Virus record (IMG/VR): IMGVR_UViG_2529293246_000006 | Length of the DNA: 35,493 nucleotides | Reading direction: 5' to 3' (one strand) | From: a virus | Lineage: Duplodnaviria; Heunggongvirae; Uroviricota; Caudoviricetes | In this document: in pieces, positions 34,177 through 35,493 of the stretch | Layout of the letters: each line of letters opens with the position of its first letter | Position numbering within the stretch: position 1 is the first letter of the stretch | Program-made: the position numbers and the translations under genes | The notes under the pieces: model-generated | What the model saw: only the letters and a program-made list of their open reading frames with translations | Database searches by the model: none | Told to the model about the DNA's origin: nothing

Positions 34177-35493
34177 TTTCATGGTTACGCCGGTGATTAA
34201 ACCAATCACCGCCACTACCATCAGGTAATAGGCAGGCATCATCAGATTCTGCGAGCTTTCGACCAGCCAGGCCGCCAGTGTTGGCGTCAGACCGGCAACC
34301 AGCACCGAAATATTAAATGCCGCCGCCAGCGCGCTGTAACGGATATGCGTCGGGAACATCGCTGGCAAGGTAGAAGCCATAACGCCCGTAAAGCAGTTAA
34401 GGATCACCGCCAGCATCAGTAACCCGGCAAAAATCAGGCCGATGACGTTACTGTTAATCAGAATAAACGCCGGGATCGCCAACACAAACAGGGCAACACT
34501 ACCAAGTAGCACAAACGGACGACGGCCAAAACGGTCACTCAGCAAGCCCATCACCGGCTGGACAAACAGCATACCGATCATAATGGCGATAATAATCAGC
34601 ACCCCGTGGTCTTCGGAGTAATGCAGGTTATGCGACAAATAACTCGGCATATAGGTCAGCAACATGTAGTAAGTCACGTTGGTGGCAATTACCAGACCAA
34701 TACATGTCAACAGGCTGCGCCAGTGTTTGGTGGCAATCTCTTTAAACGAGACTTTCGGGCCATCCTGCAAACCTTCGCGGTCGCCCTGTTCCAGTTTATC
34801 GACATGCTGCTGGAACGCCGGAGTTTCTTCCAGCGCATGGCGCAGGTAAAGCCCGATAATCCCTAACGGCAGAGCAATAAAGAACGGAATACGCCAGCCC
34901 CAGTCGAGGAAGTTCGCTTCGCCGACAATGGTCGAAATTAACACCACTACGCCAGCACCCAGCACAAACCCGGCAATAGAACCAAAGTCCAGCCAGCTGC
35001 CCATAAAGCCACGTTTACGGTCAGGGGAGTATTCCGCAACAAATATCGACGCCCCGGTATATTCACCGCCGACCGAGAAACCTTGTGCCATCTTACAGAT
35101 CAACAGCAGAATCGGTGCCCAAATACCAATCGTGTCGTAGGACGGTATTAAGCCAATACAGAACGTACTGATCGACATAATCACAATAGTGATAGCGAGG
35201 ATCTTCTGGCGACCATATTTATCGCCCAACATACCAAAGAAGAGTCCGCCAAGCGGTCGAATCAGAAAGGGAACGGAGAACGTGGCAAGTGCAGCAACCA
35301 TCTGCACGCTGGGGTCAGCCCCCGGGAAAAAAACTTTACCTAATGCGTAAGCAACAAAACCATAAACACCAAAATCAAACCATTCCATTGCATTACCCAG
35401 TGATGCTGCGGTAATGGCTTTACGCAGTTTACCGTCATCAATAATGGTGACATCACGAAGGGTAATCGGTTTTACTTTTTTCCTTTTCAGCAT
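34174..35493 (-). CDS. proP: proline/glycine-betaine MFS transporter ProP, 3'-truncated by the prophage insertion (439 of ~500 codons)
   Basis: Protein starts MLKRKKVKPITLRDVTIIDDGKLRKAITAASLGNAMEWFDFGVYGFVAYALGKVFFPG..., matching E. coli ProP from memory. The frame ends ...GVTMK and then a TGA formed by the phage terminal TGA at 34174-34176. The C-terminal domain is missing. Confidence 0.8.
   Translation of the reverse strand: MLKRKKVKPITLRDVTIIDDGKLRKAITAASLGNAMEWFDFGVYGFVAYALGKVFFPGADPSVQMVAALATFSVPFLIRPLGGLFFGMLGDKYGRQKILAITIVIMSISTFCIGLIPSYDTIGIWAPILLLICKMAQGFSVGGEYTGASIFVAEYSPDRKRGFMGSWLDFGSIAGFVLGAGVVVLISTIVGEANFLDWGWRIPFFIALPLGIIGLYLRHALEETPAFQQHVDKLEQGDREGLQDGPKVSFKEIATKHWRSLLTCIGLVIATNVTYYMLLTYMPSYLSHNLHYSEDHGVLIIIAIMIGMLFVQPVMGLLSDRFGRRPFVLLGSVALFVLAIPAFILINSNVIGLIFAGLLMLAVILNCFTGVMASTLPAMFPTHIRYSALAAAFNISVLVAGLTPTLAAWLVESSQNLMMPAYYLMVVAVIGLITGVTMK

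Noticed and set aside
1-35493. Searched by eye for CRISPR repeats, tRNA or rRNA genes and IS elements
   Set aside because: No regularly spaced short direct repeats, no tRNA-like cloverleaf candidates in intergenic regions and no second transposase were seen; a manual scan cannot fully exclude them.

Overview
The window is almost entirely one Mu-like transposable prophage (about 34.2 kb of it), inserted into the host osmoprotectant transporter gene proP. The phage's right terminus sits at about 34176; its left end lies upstream of the window. All calls come from reading the sequence and the supplied ORF translations, and family names are recalled from memory because no database search could be run. 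Minus-strand early operon (7836 down to 1): Ner-like regulator, a second HTH regulator, a 302-aa unknown, a DDE transposase, a MuB-like ATPase, six small accessory genes, GemA-like and Mor. Plus-strand from 7925: XRE-type repressor, a low-GC lipoprotein moron, an antisense Dam methyltransferase, lysis cassette (holin, SLT endolysin, nested Rz/Rz1 spanins), Mu-type head genes, then P2-type tail genes. The tail ends in a roughly 1.86 kb invertible tail-fibre segment (Gin/Hin-type) with an adjacent invertase gene. The most interesting places to look are the lipoprotein/Dam immunity-proximal morons, an unknown gene with its own terminator wedged between tail tube and chaperone, the +1-frame chaperone extension, the invertible segment, the G-I intergenic dyad, and the truncated proP. 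No tRNA, rRNA or CRISPR array was seen.
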